The translations under genes and the position numbers were made by a program. A stretch of 64,000 nucleotides of DNA from Gemmatimonadales bacterium. GTDB taxonomy: Bacteria > Gemmatimonadota > Gemmatimonadetes > Gemmatimonadales > Gemmatimonadaceae. Location: contig JBBQNT010000001.1 in the NCBI GenBank assembly GCA_038330215.1, positions 1,356 to 65,355 of the forward strand. The letters run 5' to 3'. The notes under the pieces are model-generated. The model saw nothing but the letters and a program-made list of their open reading frames with translations, did no database searches and was not told the origin of the DNA. Positions within the stretch are counted from its first letter, which is position 1, and every line of letters begins with the position of its first letter. Below, in pieces: positions 44,703-53,867 of the stretch.

Positions 44703-46384
44703 AGACCAGGTGCCCTCCTTTTCGTGATGCGTTCTGCTGCAACAATCATGTGCTCAGCAACGCGCTCCCCAAGGGCAACTGCGTGCCCGAACAGAATCGA
44801 CTGCCCAAGTGCTTCATGAGCGACCGTGCTGCTGACGCCGGCGACGAGCGATTCTGGAATGCCTTTCACACGTGCGTGCTCAGTCGGCGTCAGCAAGCGC
44901 TCCAATCCATCGGCCCGAGTAAGTTGGGCTTCGGTGGATCTGCGCTTGGAGTACCCACGGCCGATACATCCAACCGTCGTCGCGTCTTCCCCTACGAGTT
45001 GTCGCTTGAAATTCTTTCCTTCAAGCGCATCGCGCGCCGCCTTCCGGTGCAAATACTCGTTCCCAGACCAGCTCGGATTATCATCGCTAACCGGTTCGAG
45101 CACCTCGCCAAGCCGAGCATACTTCCGCGCAATTTGCGGCAGTTGATCGAGACTAAATCCTTCTGCGAGACCTTCGCTCAAGCACACCATCCACCATCGC
45201 TGGCGCGACTCGATCGTGCCGGCCTGCTCGTGATCGAGCACGGTCTCGAAAATCTTGTAACGGTTCTCCGTGAGGTACGCCCGCAAGATCGCGTAGGACG
45301 CGCTGGTCGACGCGAGCGTGATGTTCTCGCTGATGATCGCGCTGGGCTGGACGGCATCGATCAGACGCAAGGCACCGAAAATTGCCAACGTGTCGGTGGG
45401 ATGATCTTCCGCGACCGCGAGCTTCCTCTTCGCTTTTCCTGAGCGCGAATGCAGAGTGCACGGTAGCGAGATGGACAGCAACGACGCCTTCGAGAGCAAG
45501 CACGGCGCCAACTCTTCGAGGCTTGCCTCGAAGAGGCGCGTAGCGCCGGTGACTGCGGGATTGTTGTCGTTCGCGATTTCGAGATAGCGCCGTTCGCGAT
45601 CGACAATCCAGTCGACGCGACTGCGCAGTCCTGCACGCTGGACGCCTTCTGAAATCGCGAGAGTAGAAACGCCGGCGCCGGCGCACAGCGTTCCCTCGGT
45701 CAAGTAACCGCGGGTCACCTGGTCGCACAGCCGCGCTTCACGCTCCGCTTTTGCCACCTCGCGCGCGGCCAGCGTGAACTGGATCTGGCCAGGACGGATG
45801 ACCGCCTGCAGGCGCATACCTTCACTGACGATCTCGCTCAGCGCTTCCGAGGCCACATCGATAATCGGTGTGGGTGCCCGATTCGCCCGAGCACGTCCTG
45901 AAACGACGCGATCGCCATCAGCGTCGATCGTCAACGTGATGGTCCGTCGTTCGAGATCGAGGACAACGGAATACGCTGCGCCCTTCTCGAATCCTGCGTC
46001 GCTCAACCGGAGGCCTTCCAGCCACACCCGGCGGCGCCCACGATGCTCGCCCACCGTTGTGTAACTCACCTGCACGGGATCGTCATTTCGGCCCACGACC
46101 TGGCCGCGCGGCATCTTGATCATCCGCACTTGCGGAAACTGTGATCGCACGTCGTCAGCGAACTCACGCATCCCGATGTTCGCCGGCCGTAGCCATCCGT
46201 CAGGACCTCGCTCGAAGCCCAGCTCGCGCAACTCCTCTGCGTACGCCTCGGCGCCGGCGCCGCGAGCGCGAAGACTGTTCACGCGATCTGCTTTTTGATC
46301 GCCACGGACGAGCTGGAACTCAAGCCGGTATCCAGACAGATCGAACCATGTCGGATCTGCCATGTTCTCTGATCGTTCGTCCAT
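44699..46384 (-). CDS. DNA (cytosine-5) methyltransferase-like protein with ~200-aa N-terminal extension
   Basis: Motif I TLCAGAGVSTLA, motif IV SLPCTLHSRSG, motif VI ISENI, motif VIII ESRQRWW, motif IX LLTPTEHARVKGIP, motif X-like GQSI. Confidence 0.75.
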   Translation of the reverse strand: MDERSENMADPTWFDLSGYRLEFQLVRGDQKADRVNSLRARGAGAEAYAEELRELGFERGPDGWLRPANIGMREFADDVRSQFPQVRMIKMPRGQVVGRNDDPVQVSYTTVGEHRGRRRVWLEGLRLSDAGFEKGAAYSVVLDLERRTITLTIDADGDRVVSGRARANRAPTPIIDVASEALSEIVSEGMRLQAVIRPGQIQFTLAAREVAKAEREARLCDQVTRGYLTEGTLCAGAGVSTLAISEGVQRAGLRSRVDWIVDRERRYLEIANDNNPAVTGATRLFEASLEELAPCLLSKASLLSISLPCTLHSRSGKAKRKLAVAEDHPTDTLAIFGALRLIDAVQPSAIISENITLASTSASYAILRAYLTENRYKIFETVLDHEQAGTIESRQRWWMVCLSEGLAEGFSLDQLPQIARKYARLGEVLEPVSDDNPSWSGNEYLHRKAARDALEGKNFKRQLVGEDATTVGCIGRGYSKRRSTEAQLTRADGLERLLTPTEHARVKGIPESLVAGVSSTVAHEALGQSILFGHAVALGERVAEHMIVAAERITKRRAPGL

Positions 46385-46389
46385 TGGTT

Positions 46390-46404
46390 TCTCTCAGTCT
46401 CTCA
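46390..46404 (-). promoter_or_regulatory. leader motif copy 3 (TGAGAGACTGAGAGA on the minus strand)
   Basis: 5 nt upstream of start 46384. Confidence 0.6.
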
Positions 46405-46413
46405 AGGTGTAGT

Positions 46414-46439
46414 GTGTGTATTGTGCTAGTATTACACAT
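46414..46439. promoter_or_regulatory. operator-like IR GTGTGTA-N12-TACACAT in the divergent promoter region
   Basis: Read directly. The minus-strand reading gives a -10-like CACAAT adjacent to ACACAC. Confidence 0.55.
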
Positions 46440-46496
46440 ATCGTGTATAACCCGCACGCGGCACCTTCCGGGTGCCCAAAAACGACCGGAGCAACC

Positions 46497-47858
46497 ATGA
46501 ATGCCATGCTGAAACCGACGAGCGAAACGCACACGGACGTCACGAATCTGGATCTGCGACGTCGGTACCCAAACAAGGGGCACGCGGCCGCCTTCCGCAA
46601 GGGCTATCAAGCCTTCGAGAATTCGAACACGCGACACCCTCCGTACGGCATCGACACGGTTGATTCACGTGCCTACCGACGGGCGTGGCTCGATGGCTAC
46701 GATGCCAGTGCGGCAGCCACTCAGCAGCTTGCTGCCGAAGCTGACCTTCAAGCTCACATCGAAACTCCGAAATGCACTGTACACACCGTCCCCATCAGCG
46801 GCACCACGCAGGCGGCCACTTGGCCACCTGTGGTCAACCAGTTCGGGATGGTCGGTCATGCTGCACTTGCAAACGTTCTCGCTGACCAGGTGGCCTATGC
46901 GCTCGCGACCGGAAAGCGCTACGCGGACCGTTTATTGGTCGGTCCGCCTGGCGTAGGCAAATCGTGCTTAGCCCGCGCAATGGCGCGTCAGTTGGTCGAC
47001 GGCGGCTGTGTATTGCTCAACGCCGCGAGTTGCCGATCTCCCGAAGAATTCATCGACGCGCTCGCCGAGCACGGGCTCTTCGATGAGGCGGAAGGCAATG
47101 ACATTCCGACCGCTAAATCGATCGTTCTTGTAGACGAGGCTCACAGCCTCTCCAAGCGCTTGAAGGACTGGCTCTTGTCGGCGACCGATGATTGTAGAGA
47201 AGCGTCCGTAAACGACCGAACGTACCGCTTCGATCACGTCACCATCTTCTTCGCGACCACGGATCCGGGAAAACTCGCGCCGGCACTGCAATCTCGGTGC
47301 GACACACTTCATCTGCGTGCGTACACGCTTGGCGAAGTAGCCGAAATCGTGCACGTGAACGCCGCGCAGCAATATCCAGGCCTGCTGCTCGACCAGACGG
47401 CCTGCCATGAGGTTGCCGCGCGTCAACGAGCGCAGCCGAGGCGTGCCGTGCGATGTGTTGGCACCGCGCTCGTACCGTTCGCTCACGGCCAACTACTTGC
47501 AGCTGGTCACATTCCCGACAACGACGCCATCGCAGCATGGCTCACCGCGGAGCGCATCGGGGCCTACTTCGATCGACAGGGCATCGACCTCAACGGCATC
47601 GACCCCATTACCCGCTCAGCACTCACTTACCTGGCTCGTAACGGAACCGTGCCTGCGCAACGATTGCGACAGGCACTGTCGCTTTCCACCGACGCCGATT
47701 TTCAGAGCGTCGACGAATATCTTGTTCGGCTGGGACTGGTCGAGATCTCAACACGAGGTCGCCGGTTGACAGACCTTGGCATCGACTATCTCCGCGCACC
47801 TGTCTGTCTGCACGGGTCGATCACGGCGCCATCAATGGACGACAGCCATGAACAATGA
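46497..47858 (+). CDS. RuvB-like AAA+ ATPase with Rmf-like N-terminal extension
   Basis: Walker A LLVGPPGVGKSCL; Walker B IVLVDEAHSL; sensor/Arg-finger FFATTDPGKLAPALQSRC; C-terminal winged helix VDEYLVRLGLVEISTRGRRLT like RuvB domain III. N-terminus AAFRKGYQAF...YRRAWLDGY. ggag SD before the internal ATG of track ORF 46416. Confidence 0.7.
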   Translation: MNAMLKPTSETHTDVTNLDLRRRYPNKGHAAAFRKGYQAFENSNTRHPPYGIDTVDSRAYRRAWLDGYDASAAATQQLAAEADLQAHIETPKCTVHTVPISGTTQAATWPPVVNQFGMVGHAALANVLADQVAYALATGKRYADRLLVGPPGVGKSCLARAMARQLVDGGCVLLNAASCRSPEEFIDALAEHGLFDEAEGNDIPTAKSIVLVDEAHSLSKRLKDWLLSATDDCREASVNDRTYRFDHVTIFFATTDPGKLAPALQSRCDTLHLRAYTLGEVAEIVHVNAAQQYPGLLLDQTACHEVAARQRAQPRRAVRCVGTALVPFAHGQLLAAGHIPDNDAIAAWLTAERIGAYFDRQGIDLNGIDPITRSALTYLARNGTVPAQRLRQALSLSTDADFQSVDEYLVRLGLVEISTRGRRLTDLGIDYLRAPVCLHGSITAPSMDDSHEQ

Positions 47859-48585
47859 GGACCTGGTCATTCGATCAGTCAGCGACGGATCTCGCGTCAC
47901 CGCTCGCCAAGTGCTTGCGATGTGCCCGAGCACGGGAGACACGACCGGCGCAGTCGAGTTGCTTCGCCGAATGGAGCGCGCCGGCAAGCTGCAGGCGTAC
48001 ACGGCTCGGCCGGGTGCCAACAAGACATTCGGTCTTCCTGAGGCTGGTTCGAAGTCGAAGTCTTCTTCCTCGACGAGAGGATCATCGCGCAGCACAGAAG
48101 TCGCTCAACACGACAAGAAAGAACCCTCGCGTCGCCGGCGGCGAAACCGGGCGACGCAGCGCGATGACGCGGCTCTCCTGGCGGCGTTCACCCACGCTGG
48201 CGGGCGCGCCACCGCTTCTGAAATGATGGCGATCGCCAGAAAGGCTGGGCTCAACGACGCTCGCCGAAAGGCGACGCTGCGACGCTTGGTCGACACCGCC
48301 CAGATCGCCGTCCAAGGGCGCACCGCAGGCGCGGTTTACTCTCTGCCGAACCACACCCGTCATCGCCACCAGGCCGCGCCTACGACGCCTGTAGCGCGGC
48401 CCGAGCAGATCCTCTTCGCCACGGTAGACCAGCAGGTTGCCTGCCTACTCGTGGCTTGCCTGCAGGCTGAGCGCATCGCGTACGCGCTGCTCCTCAAAGC
48501 CGCTTGCAAGTCCAAGGATCCCGCTGTGAAAAAACTCGCTGTGGCGGCGAAAGCACTTCGACTCAGCTCCAAGGGGATGATGTGA
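47848..48585 (+). CDS. protein with two winged-helix-like DNA-binding repeats
   Basis: VTARQVLAM...AVELLRRMERAGKLQAY...KTFGLP and ATASEMMAI...ATLRRLVDTAQIAVQG...AVYSLP, separated by a basic Ser/Arg-rich linker. 11-nt overlap with the upstream gene. Confidence 0.5.
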   Translation: MNNEDLVIRSVSDGSRVTARQVLAMCPSTGDTTGAVELLRRMERAGKLQAYTARPGANKTFGLPEAGSKSKSSSSTRGSSRSTEVAQHDKKEPSRRRRRNRATQRDDAALLAAFTHAGGRATASEMMAIARKAGLNDARRKATLRRLVDTAQIAVQGRTAGAVYSLPNHTRHRHQAAPTTPVARPEQILFATVDQQVACLLVACLQAERIAYALLLKAACKSKDPAVKKLAVAAKALRLSSKGMM

Positions 48586-48586
48586 C

Positions 48587-49132
48587 ATGAATACTGCTGA
48601 TCGCCAACACTTCATCCTCGTCAAGCGCGAGGACCATTCCTCAGCAGGCGCACGGCTGTCGGCGCGTGCTGCAGCCGACAGGCTGCTTGACGCACTCATC
48701 TGGCCACTCTGGGCTCACACGCCTTGTCGAAAGAAAGTACGCACGGGCGATGCCGTTGCCGTCTACCTCGCGGGGCCTGGCAACCGCACTGTGATCGCTA
48801 CGGCCGACGTGATTGATAAGATCGACTGGCAGAAGTCGATGCTTCGCTCGTATCCGCTCGTACTTAGCGGCACACCGACTGTCGTACTCCGGCTCGGCAA
48901 CGTTCGACGACTCGTCACCCCTCTACCGATTGCACAGCGTCTCGACGCATTGGGCTTCATCTCGCGAGGGCCAAAGTGGGGCGCTGCGTTGATGGGTGGG
49001 ATGCGATCCTTGAGTCACGGCGATTTCAGTCTCCTGACCACACCGTTGTACACCGAGCAGGGCCAACGCACCGCACCGAGCGATGAGCCTAGTCGGGACG
49101 AACCCGTCGAGAGTTTTGAGGACGTGCAATGA
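48587..49132 (+). CDS. hypothetical protein, tentatively PUA-like (EVE/ASCH-type) fold
   Basis: HFILVKRE...WPLW...VRTGDAVAVYLAGPGNRTVIATADV pattern. The resemblance is weak and by eye only. Confidence 0.4.
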   Translation: MNTADRQHFILVKREDHSSAGARLSARAAADRLLDALIWPLWAHTPCRKKVRTGDAVAVYLAGPGNRTVIATADVIDKIDWQKSMLRSYPLVLSGTPTVVLRLGNVRRLVTPLPIAQRLDALGFISRGPKWGAALMGGMRSLSHGDFSLLTTPLYTEQGQRTAPSDEPSRDEPVESFEDVQ

Positions 49133-50025
49133 ACGCCGACGCCGACACTTTGAAGTCATCGCTCGATCTGGTGTCGCAGTTGGATCGAGTGACTAACCTC
49201 TTTGTTCCGAATCCCGGTCAAAATTCGATCCTGCTCGAACTTTGCAAGCTGGTCGATGCGCCCAGTAGCAGCCGTCCCGTCAACATTGTGCTGATCGCTG
49301 AGCCGAACTTCGGCAAATCGGAAACGCTCAAGTACTTCGAGCGAAAGGTCAACCCCGAGTTCAGCTACACCAAGGAGACGACCGAAATTCCAGTCGTTCG
49401 CGTCAGCATGGTCGATGTACAAGATGCTGTAGGTTTGCTCCGCACTACACTTTCTTCAATCGGCATTCGCTACTCGGTGCGAGACCCACTCGACGAATTA
49501 TGGAGGAGATTGAAACTCCATGTCGGGCCGCTGATGCTGCGAGTCTTTGTGTTCGATGACGCTCACGCCGCCGCCGAATTGCGTGAAGCGCGACAGAAGG
49601 AACTGCTCAAGACGTTCCGCCGCTTTGGAGGCATCACCCAACGGCCCATCGCACTTGCGGGCGCAGAGACGCTTCGCTCGTTCATCGATAGTGACCGGGA
49701 ATACCGAACGCGCTTCATTCCGCTGTCCATTCCTGCGATTGCGTCCAAGTCGGACCTGCAGCGGTTCCTCAAAGGATTCGATGAACGACTGGGACTTGAT
49801 CCCACGAGCAACTTATCTCATGCAGACACGGTGGCACTCGTGCATGAACTAGTGGGCTTGGAGCTTGGCGCCGTGTGCCTTTTGATCAAGCATGCTGCCC
49901 AGACCGCCATTCGCAACGGCTCGGTATGCATCACGCCGCAGTTGCTGAAAGATGCGGTTCAGACCGTCCCCGACCTGCAGCAAGTACACCAACATAGGCG
50001 CGGCTCCTTGATGATCCGGGACTAA
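49129..50025 (+). CDS. TniB-like AAA ATPase (no transposase partner nearby)
   Basis: Walker A EPNFGKSETLKYF; IPVVRVSM; Walker B RVFVFDDAHA; PIALAGAETL...RTRFIPLSIPAIAS...FLKGFDERLGL follows the TniB pattern (from memory). Confidence 0.65.
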   Translation: MNADADTLKSSLDLVSQLDRVTNLFVPNPGQNSILLELCKLVDAPSSSRPVNIVLIAEPNFGKSETLKYFERKVNPEFSYTKETTEIPVVRVSMVDVQDAVGLLRTTLSSIGIRYSVRDPLDELWRRLKLHVGPLMLRVFVFDDAHAAAELREARQKELLKTFRRFGGITQRPIALAGAETLRSFIDSDREYRTRFIPLSIPAIASKSDLQRFLKGFDERLGLDPTSNLSHADTVALVHELVGLELGAVCLLIKHAAQTAIRNGSVCITPQLLKDAVQTVPDLQQVHQHRRGSLMIRD

Positions 50026-50132
50026 CTGTTGACACCCTACTTGTCCGTCGTCGTCTACTGCGAGTGCGACTACCTTGCTTCTTGCTCCGCACTGAACACG
50101 CCTTGATTCGCCGTGTTCCGTGACTCGACACC

Positions 50133-50639
50133 TCATCCGAGACGCAACGCAGGCAGTAGTTGGGGTTGCACTTCTTCTTCCTCCGGCAGTACGACGGCGG
50201 CACTCGCGACCTCAACAACAAACCCTCGCCGCGCCAACTCCGTCACGACGCTATTGACGCAACCAGACTCGTCCGTAGGGTCGTACCAAGCACCCGTGAC
50301 CTCAAATGTCTGTCCCGCCACCTCAAGCCGTTTTACCAGGTCACCGATGACGGCGACCTGGTCAGGATCCTGTGCTTCGCTTCGCACCGAAATCGCGCCG
50401 CGTCGACGTGCGCGACGAAGACAGGCGGAGATGGCGGTGTTGAAGGCGGGATACTCCGGCAGTTCGTCGGACAAGTCGCCATCGAGGACGATGAAGCCAC
50501 CGGTCCAATTTTCCAGAAGCGCCGCGATCTCAGCGCGGCATTCAGCTGCGGCGCGTCGTCCCAGGTGATAGTTGGCGCTCCCACACGCGGAGCCCGGATG
50601 AACCAGCACCAGAACGCGATCCTGATCGCCAGCTGACAT
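50133..50639 (-). CDS. hypothetical protein, weak isochorismatase/cysteine-hydrolase-like C-terminal motif
   Basis: ESGCVNSVVTELARRGFVVEVASAA resembles G..t..CV..Ta.dA...G..V. The N-terminal Asp of the catalytic triad is not evident. Confidence 0.4.
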   Translation of the reverse strand: MSAGDQDRVLVLVHPGSACGSANYHLGRRAAAECRAEIAALLENWTGGFIVLDGDLSDELPEYPAFNTAISACLRRARRRGAISVRSEAQDPDQVAVIGDLVKRLEVAGQTFEVTGAWYDPTDESGCVNSVVTELARRGFVVEVASAAVVLPEEEEVQPQLLPALRLG

Positions 50640-50642
50640 GGG

Positions 50643-51488
50643 TCAACGGAAGCGCGGGCCGACGCCGGCGCCGATCGGAAGCACCTCTCCAATGTCTCGT
50701 CGAGCGAGCGGTGCTGGACGGACGCCAGAACCTTCAAGCGCTTTTCTGCACTCGTCGACCGACGAGCCAAACCGCCGCGCGTCGTACACGCAGATCTCTT
50801 CCTCGCCGGCGATCACGTAGAGATCGCCGGCGGCGACGCGCATCAACGCGTGAGCGACATTCCCATGGCCATCGCCAGACTCTACGGCGACGTCGTTGCT
50901 CGGGTGCGAACGGAACGCTGATGCCATGAAGCCGGTCAGCCCAACAACCTCCTCCTCGAAAGCCTCTTCCACCACGTCCGACCACCACGAAACTACGCGT
51001 TCCGCCGAAGCGACGGCATCGTCACAGTGATCATCTCGGGCGGCTTCGCCTTGATCGGGCTTGAACGCATCCATCCATGCCGGCACTTCGTCAACGATGT
51101 TGGTCAGCACGACATGGGACTTCGCCCACGCCCAGACGCCGCAGTATGCGCCCTCGTCGTCGCCGGCACTGACGCGCACGTTTTCGGCATCGTCGAAGTC
51201 GAGGTCGGTTGTCTCGACCAGGTCGCAATCGGCACCGCACTGTCGAAACCATTCCTCTGGAATCCAGACGCCTATGGGCCATGACCCGTCGTGTTCGACC
51301 GGCGAATCACCATTGGAGGTCCAGACCCGGCGCACGGTGTCTCCGTCGAGAATCATCTCCGCAGTCGCGAACAACATCGCCGCCTTGTCTTCGGCAGCTT
51401 CATCTGCCACGTCGCGATCGAGCGTCACCGCGGCCACCAAATGGCCGCCACGCAAAAGGTGCACAAGGTGCTTGGTTACCAGGCTCAT
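50643..51488 (-). CDS. hypothetical, strongly acidic protein (281 aa)
   Basis: Asp/Glu-rich throughout. The C-terminal GDLYVIAGEEEICVYDARRFGSSVDECRKAL parallels the C-terminus of the next gene. Confidence 0.55.
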   Translation of the reverse strand: MSLVTKHLVHLLRGGHLVAAVTLDRDVADEAAEDKAAMLFATAEMILDGDTVRRVWTSNGDSPVEHDGSWPIGVWIPEEWFRQCGADCDLVETTDLDFDDAENVRVSAGDDEGAYCGVWAWAKSHVVLTNIVDEVPAWMDAFKPDQGEAARDDHCDDAVASAERVVSWWSDVVEEAFEEEVVGLTGFMASAFRSHPSNDVAVESGDGHGNVAHALMRVAAGDLYVIAGEEEICVYDARRFGSSVDECRKALEGSGVRPAPLARRDIGEVLPIGAGVGPRFR

Positions 51489-51514
51489 AATTTCGTTCCG
51501 TCTGTGTTGGCTCT

Positions 51515-52075
51515 CTACGGAGCAGCCAGGTGCGACCGGTGACGCTTGCCGATCGTCACAACGTCCTCGTCATCCACCGCGGTGGCGATGCGAAGAGCAC
51601 TGACATCCCACGTCTCCACCGCAGCAAAGACTCGCGCGCATTCTGTGGCCAATTCCAGGCAACCAGGAACACGGTAGACGTGCACCATGTCGCGCGTGGC
51701 CATCACGTAGCAGCGATCTCCGTTCGTTGCTTCATGGATGCTGTGCGAGGATCTGGCACCCCTTCCGCCGAGCATCGAAGCATCGACAGAGTCCGCCCCC
51801 ATCGCCGCGTGCACATCGCTTTCATCGTAGAAATGCGCACGCACCACACGCCACCGGTCGATAATTTCCAGCGCGAAGGCGGCCAACTCGGACGAGACGG
51901 CTGCAACAGATTCGCTGCGCTCGACTTCGCGTGCTGCAGCCGCGATTATCTTGGGATCTTGCGCCACGTCGTGTGCGTACAAAAGTCGTAGCAGTTCCAG
52001 AGTGGGACTCGAAAGCTCTCGGGTTTTCGAGCCAGGCGCGCTATTCATCGGCGTCACGTCAGTACGAACGGTCAC
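51515..52075 (-). CDS. hypothetical protein (186 aa)
   Basis: The C-terminal GDRCYVMATRDMVHVYRVPGCLELATECARVF motif is shared with the 50643 gene. Confidence 0.5.
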   Translation of the reverse strand: MTVRTDVTPMNSAPGSKTRELSSPTLELLRLLYAHDVAQDPKIIAAAAREVERSESVAAVSSELAAFALEIIDRWRVVRAHFYDESDVHAAMGADSVDASMLGGRGARSSHSIHEATNGDRCYVMATRDMVHVYRVPGCLELATECARVFAAVETWDVSALRIATAVDDEDVVTIGKRHRSHLAAP

Positions 52076-52078
52076 GAG

Positions 52079-52804
52079 TCACCGACGGCGCTTCGAGCGA
52101 GTCCGCTCGCTCTTAGACTTCGTCGCTGCCGGTGGCTGACCGCCGCCGGCGTTTGCACGGCCGAGAGGCAACCACAGCGATACATCCCGGAGCACCGTCA
52201 TACCGCTGACCGGAGCTCGGGTGCGCAGTGCGTGATAATCCGCTGCAGAGCGCATCGCGTAGCCGATCCCGAAGCCAGACCAGAGAATTGCTGCAAGGAA
52301 GTAGACGACAACAGCAACCTTCGAGCCCGCGCTGATCGCACCGAACGCGACCATCGTAACCCCGACGAGGAACATGCCTACACCGAGTGCCCACATACCG
52401 CGGGCCGAGCGCATGATTTGCAGACGCTCGGGATCCGCGATGTCACGCAGTTGCGCTTCTGCCGCCTCGACATCCTCGGGCGAGTGCTTCGTGCGCGCCT
52501 GCCGCCACGCTGACCGCAACGTATCGCGCAGCAGCCCAAACGCCCTACCGATTCGCCCCAGCGACGCCTTGGTCTCATGGACAGAATGACGCGCTGTGGA
52601 AATAGGAAGAAACCAGTTAGCTGAGCGGCCCGCGAAACGCGCTGCGCGCCGGAGCATGCTCGGCCGCTGAGCCGCTGAGCCTCTGGCGCCTCTGGCGCCT
52701 CTGGCGCCCTGGTCTCCGCTCTCTACCTTCGCCGCGGTCGGCTCGGCCGCGGTCGTCTTTACGACCGAGCCCTCTCCAGTCTGTTCCGAATCTTCGATGC
52801 CCAT
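52079..52804 (-). CDS. membrane protein (241 aa; 2-3 TM helices) with a GAR x3 repeat
   Basis: MWALGVGMFLVGVTMVAFGAI and VAVVVYFLAAILWSGFGIGYA; aggga SD. Confidence 0.6.
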   Translation of the reverse strand: MGIEDSEQTGEGSVVKTTAAEPTAAKVESGDQGARGARGARGSAAQRPSMLRRAARFAGRSANWFLPISTARHSVHETKASLGRIGRAFGLLRDTLRSAWRQARTKHSPEDVEAAEAQLRDIADPERLQIMRSARGMWALGVGMFLVGVTMVAFGAISAGSKVAVVVYFLAAILWSGFGIGYAMRSAADYHALRTRAPVSGMTVLRDVSLWLPLGRANAGGGQPPAATKSKSERTRSKRRR

Positions 52805-52840
52805 GCTGATCCCTGTTCCAACCTGTGGTGCAAGATGCGT

Positions 52841-53818
52841 CTACATGCTCGGCGAGCTGGACGGCCGGCGTCGTTCAAGCACCCCGTTCTGCTCGGACCC
52901 CACCTTCAAGGCCTCGTCCAGGCGCGCAGCCAGCTTCGGTGCATCGGAGCGTGCGGCCAGCAGGTTGCGGATCGCGTGCTCGATCTCCGGAGCCGACGCC
53001 AGTGCAATCTTCAACTGTGTCTTGATCCTCGGCTCCGCGAGCAGTACGTCGACGACGGCTGCCGAGTTGTCGGTGCCGTGAACCGCCAGGTAGCTCAGCA
53101 ATGACGTCCCATCCTTGACGGCGGCGTCACCGCCTTGACGCGCCAGGTAGCGCACGACATCCGCTTGTCCTTCGCCAGCGGCCAGCCACATCACCGCTGA
53201 AATCTCCGACACGTCGCTCGGCACGTCCTTCAGCTCCACGACAGGCGATTCCCGCTTCGGCTGGCTTAAGTGATAATCCAGGATGACTGCGACGACATCC
53301 AGCTTGCCACGCTTCGCTGCAGAACACAGGGGCGTCAGCTCGATGCTGGAGCTGACGTCAACGCCGTGCGCGTGAGCAGTCCGCAGCAACAGACGCATCG
53401 CTCGCGCATCGCCCTCGCGTGCCGCGATGTGAAACGAGTTGCAGTGGTTAGTCAGCGAACCCAGATCGGCGCGAGCACCACTCTCCAGCAGGACGTTGAT
53501 GAGCGGCTGGTTCAACGACACCAGCGCAATCATCAACGGTGTATTGCCTTCGCTGTCGCGAGAGTTAACCGCCGCTCCGAACTCGATGAGCGAACGGGCG
53601 CAGCGCGCCGCCGCATCGGCAGGCACCGGCCGGGTCGAGCGACGTCGATACTGCGATTCCGCCTCGGCGCACACCGCATGCAGCGCGCTGTGGCCGGGCG
53701 TCGCCGGCATCATCGCGTTGATGCTGACACCGGGCGTATCATTCAAGAACGTCTGCACCTTCGCCGGGTCGAGGGAGCGCACCGCCAGCAGCAGAGCCTC
53801 GTGAATCGCATTGCTCAT
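52841..53818 (-). CDS. ankyrin-repeat protein (325 aa)
   Basis: Repeated G(N/H)(T/S)(P/A)L(H/M)xA...G...vv..LL units, e.g. GNTPLMIALVSLNQPLINVLLESGA. Start taken at the internal ATG (MSNAIHEALL), because the longer track ORF would overlap the upstream gene. Confidence 0.8.
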   Translation of the reverse strand: MSNAIHEALLLAVRSLDPAKVQTFLNDTPGVSINAMMPATPGHSALHAVCAEAESQYRRRSTRPVPADAAARCARSLIEFGAAVNSRDSEGNTPLMIALVSLNQPLINVLLESGARADLGSLTNHCNSFHIAAREGDARAMRLLLRTAHAHGVDVSSSIELTPLCSAAKRGKLDVVAVILDYHLSQPKRESPVVELKDVPSDVSEISAVMWLAAGEGQADVVRYLARQGGDAAVKDGTSLLSYLAVHGTDNSAAVVDVLLAEPRIKTQLKIALASAPEIEHAIRNLLAARSDAPKLAARLDEALKVGSEQNGVLERRRPSSSPSM

Positions 53819-53833
53819 GGGCGTATCCGTTGT

Positions 53834-53859
53834 GTGTGTATTAGATACTAAGTATACAC
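53834..53859. promoter_or_regulatory. operator-like IR GTGTGTA-N12-TATACAC upstream of the ankyrin operon
   Basis: Read directly in the 49-bp gap between the helicase stop (53868) and the ankyrin start (53818). Confidence 0.5.
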
Positions 53860-53867
53860 AAAACCTT

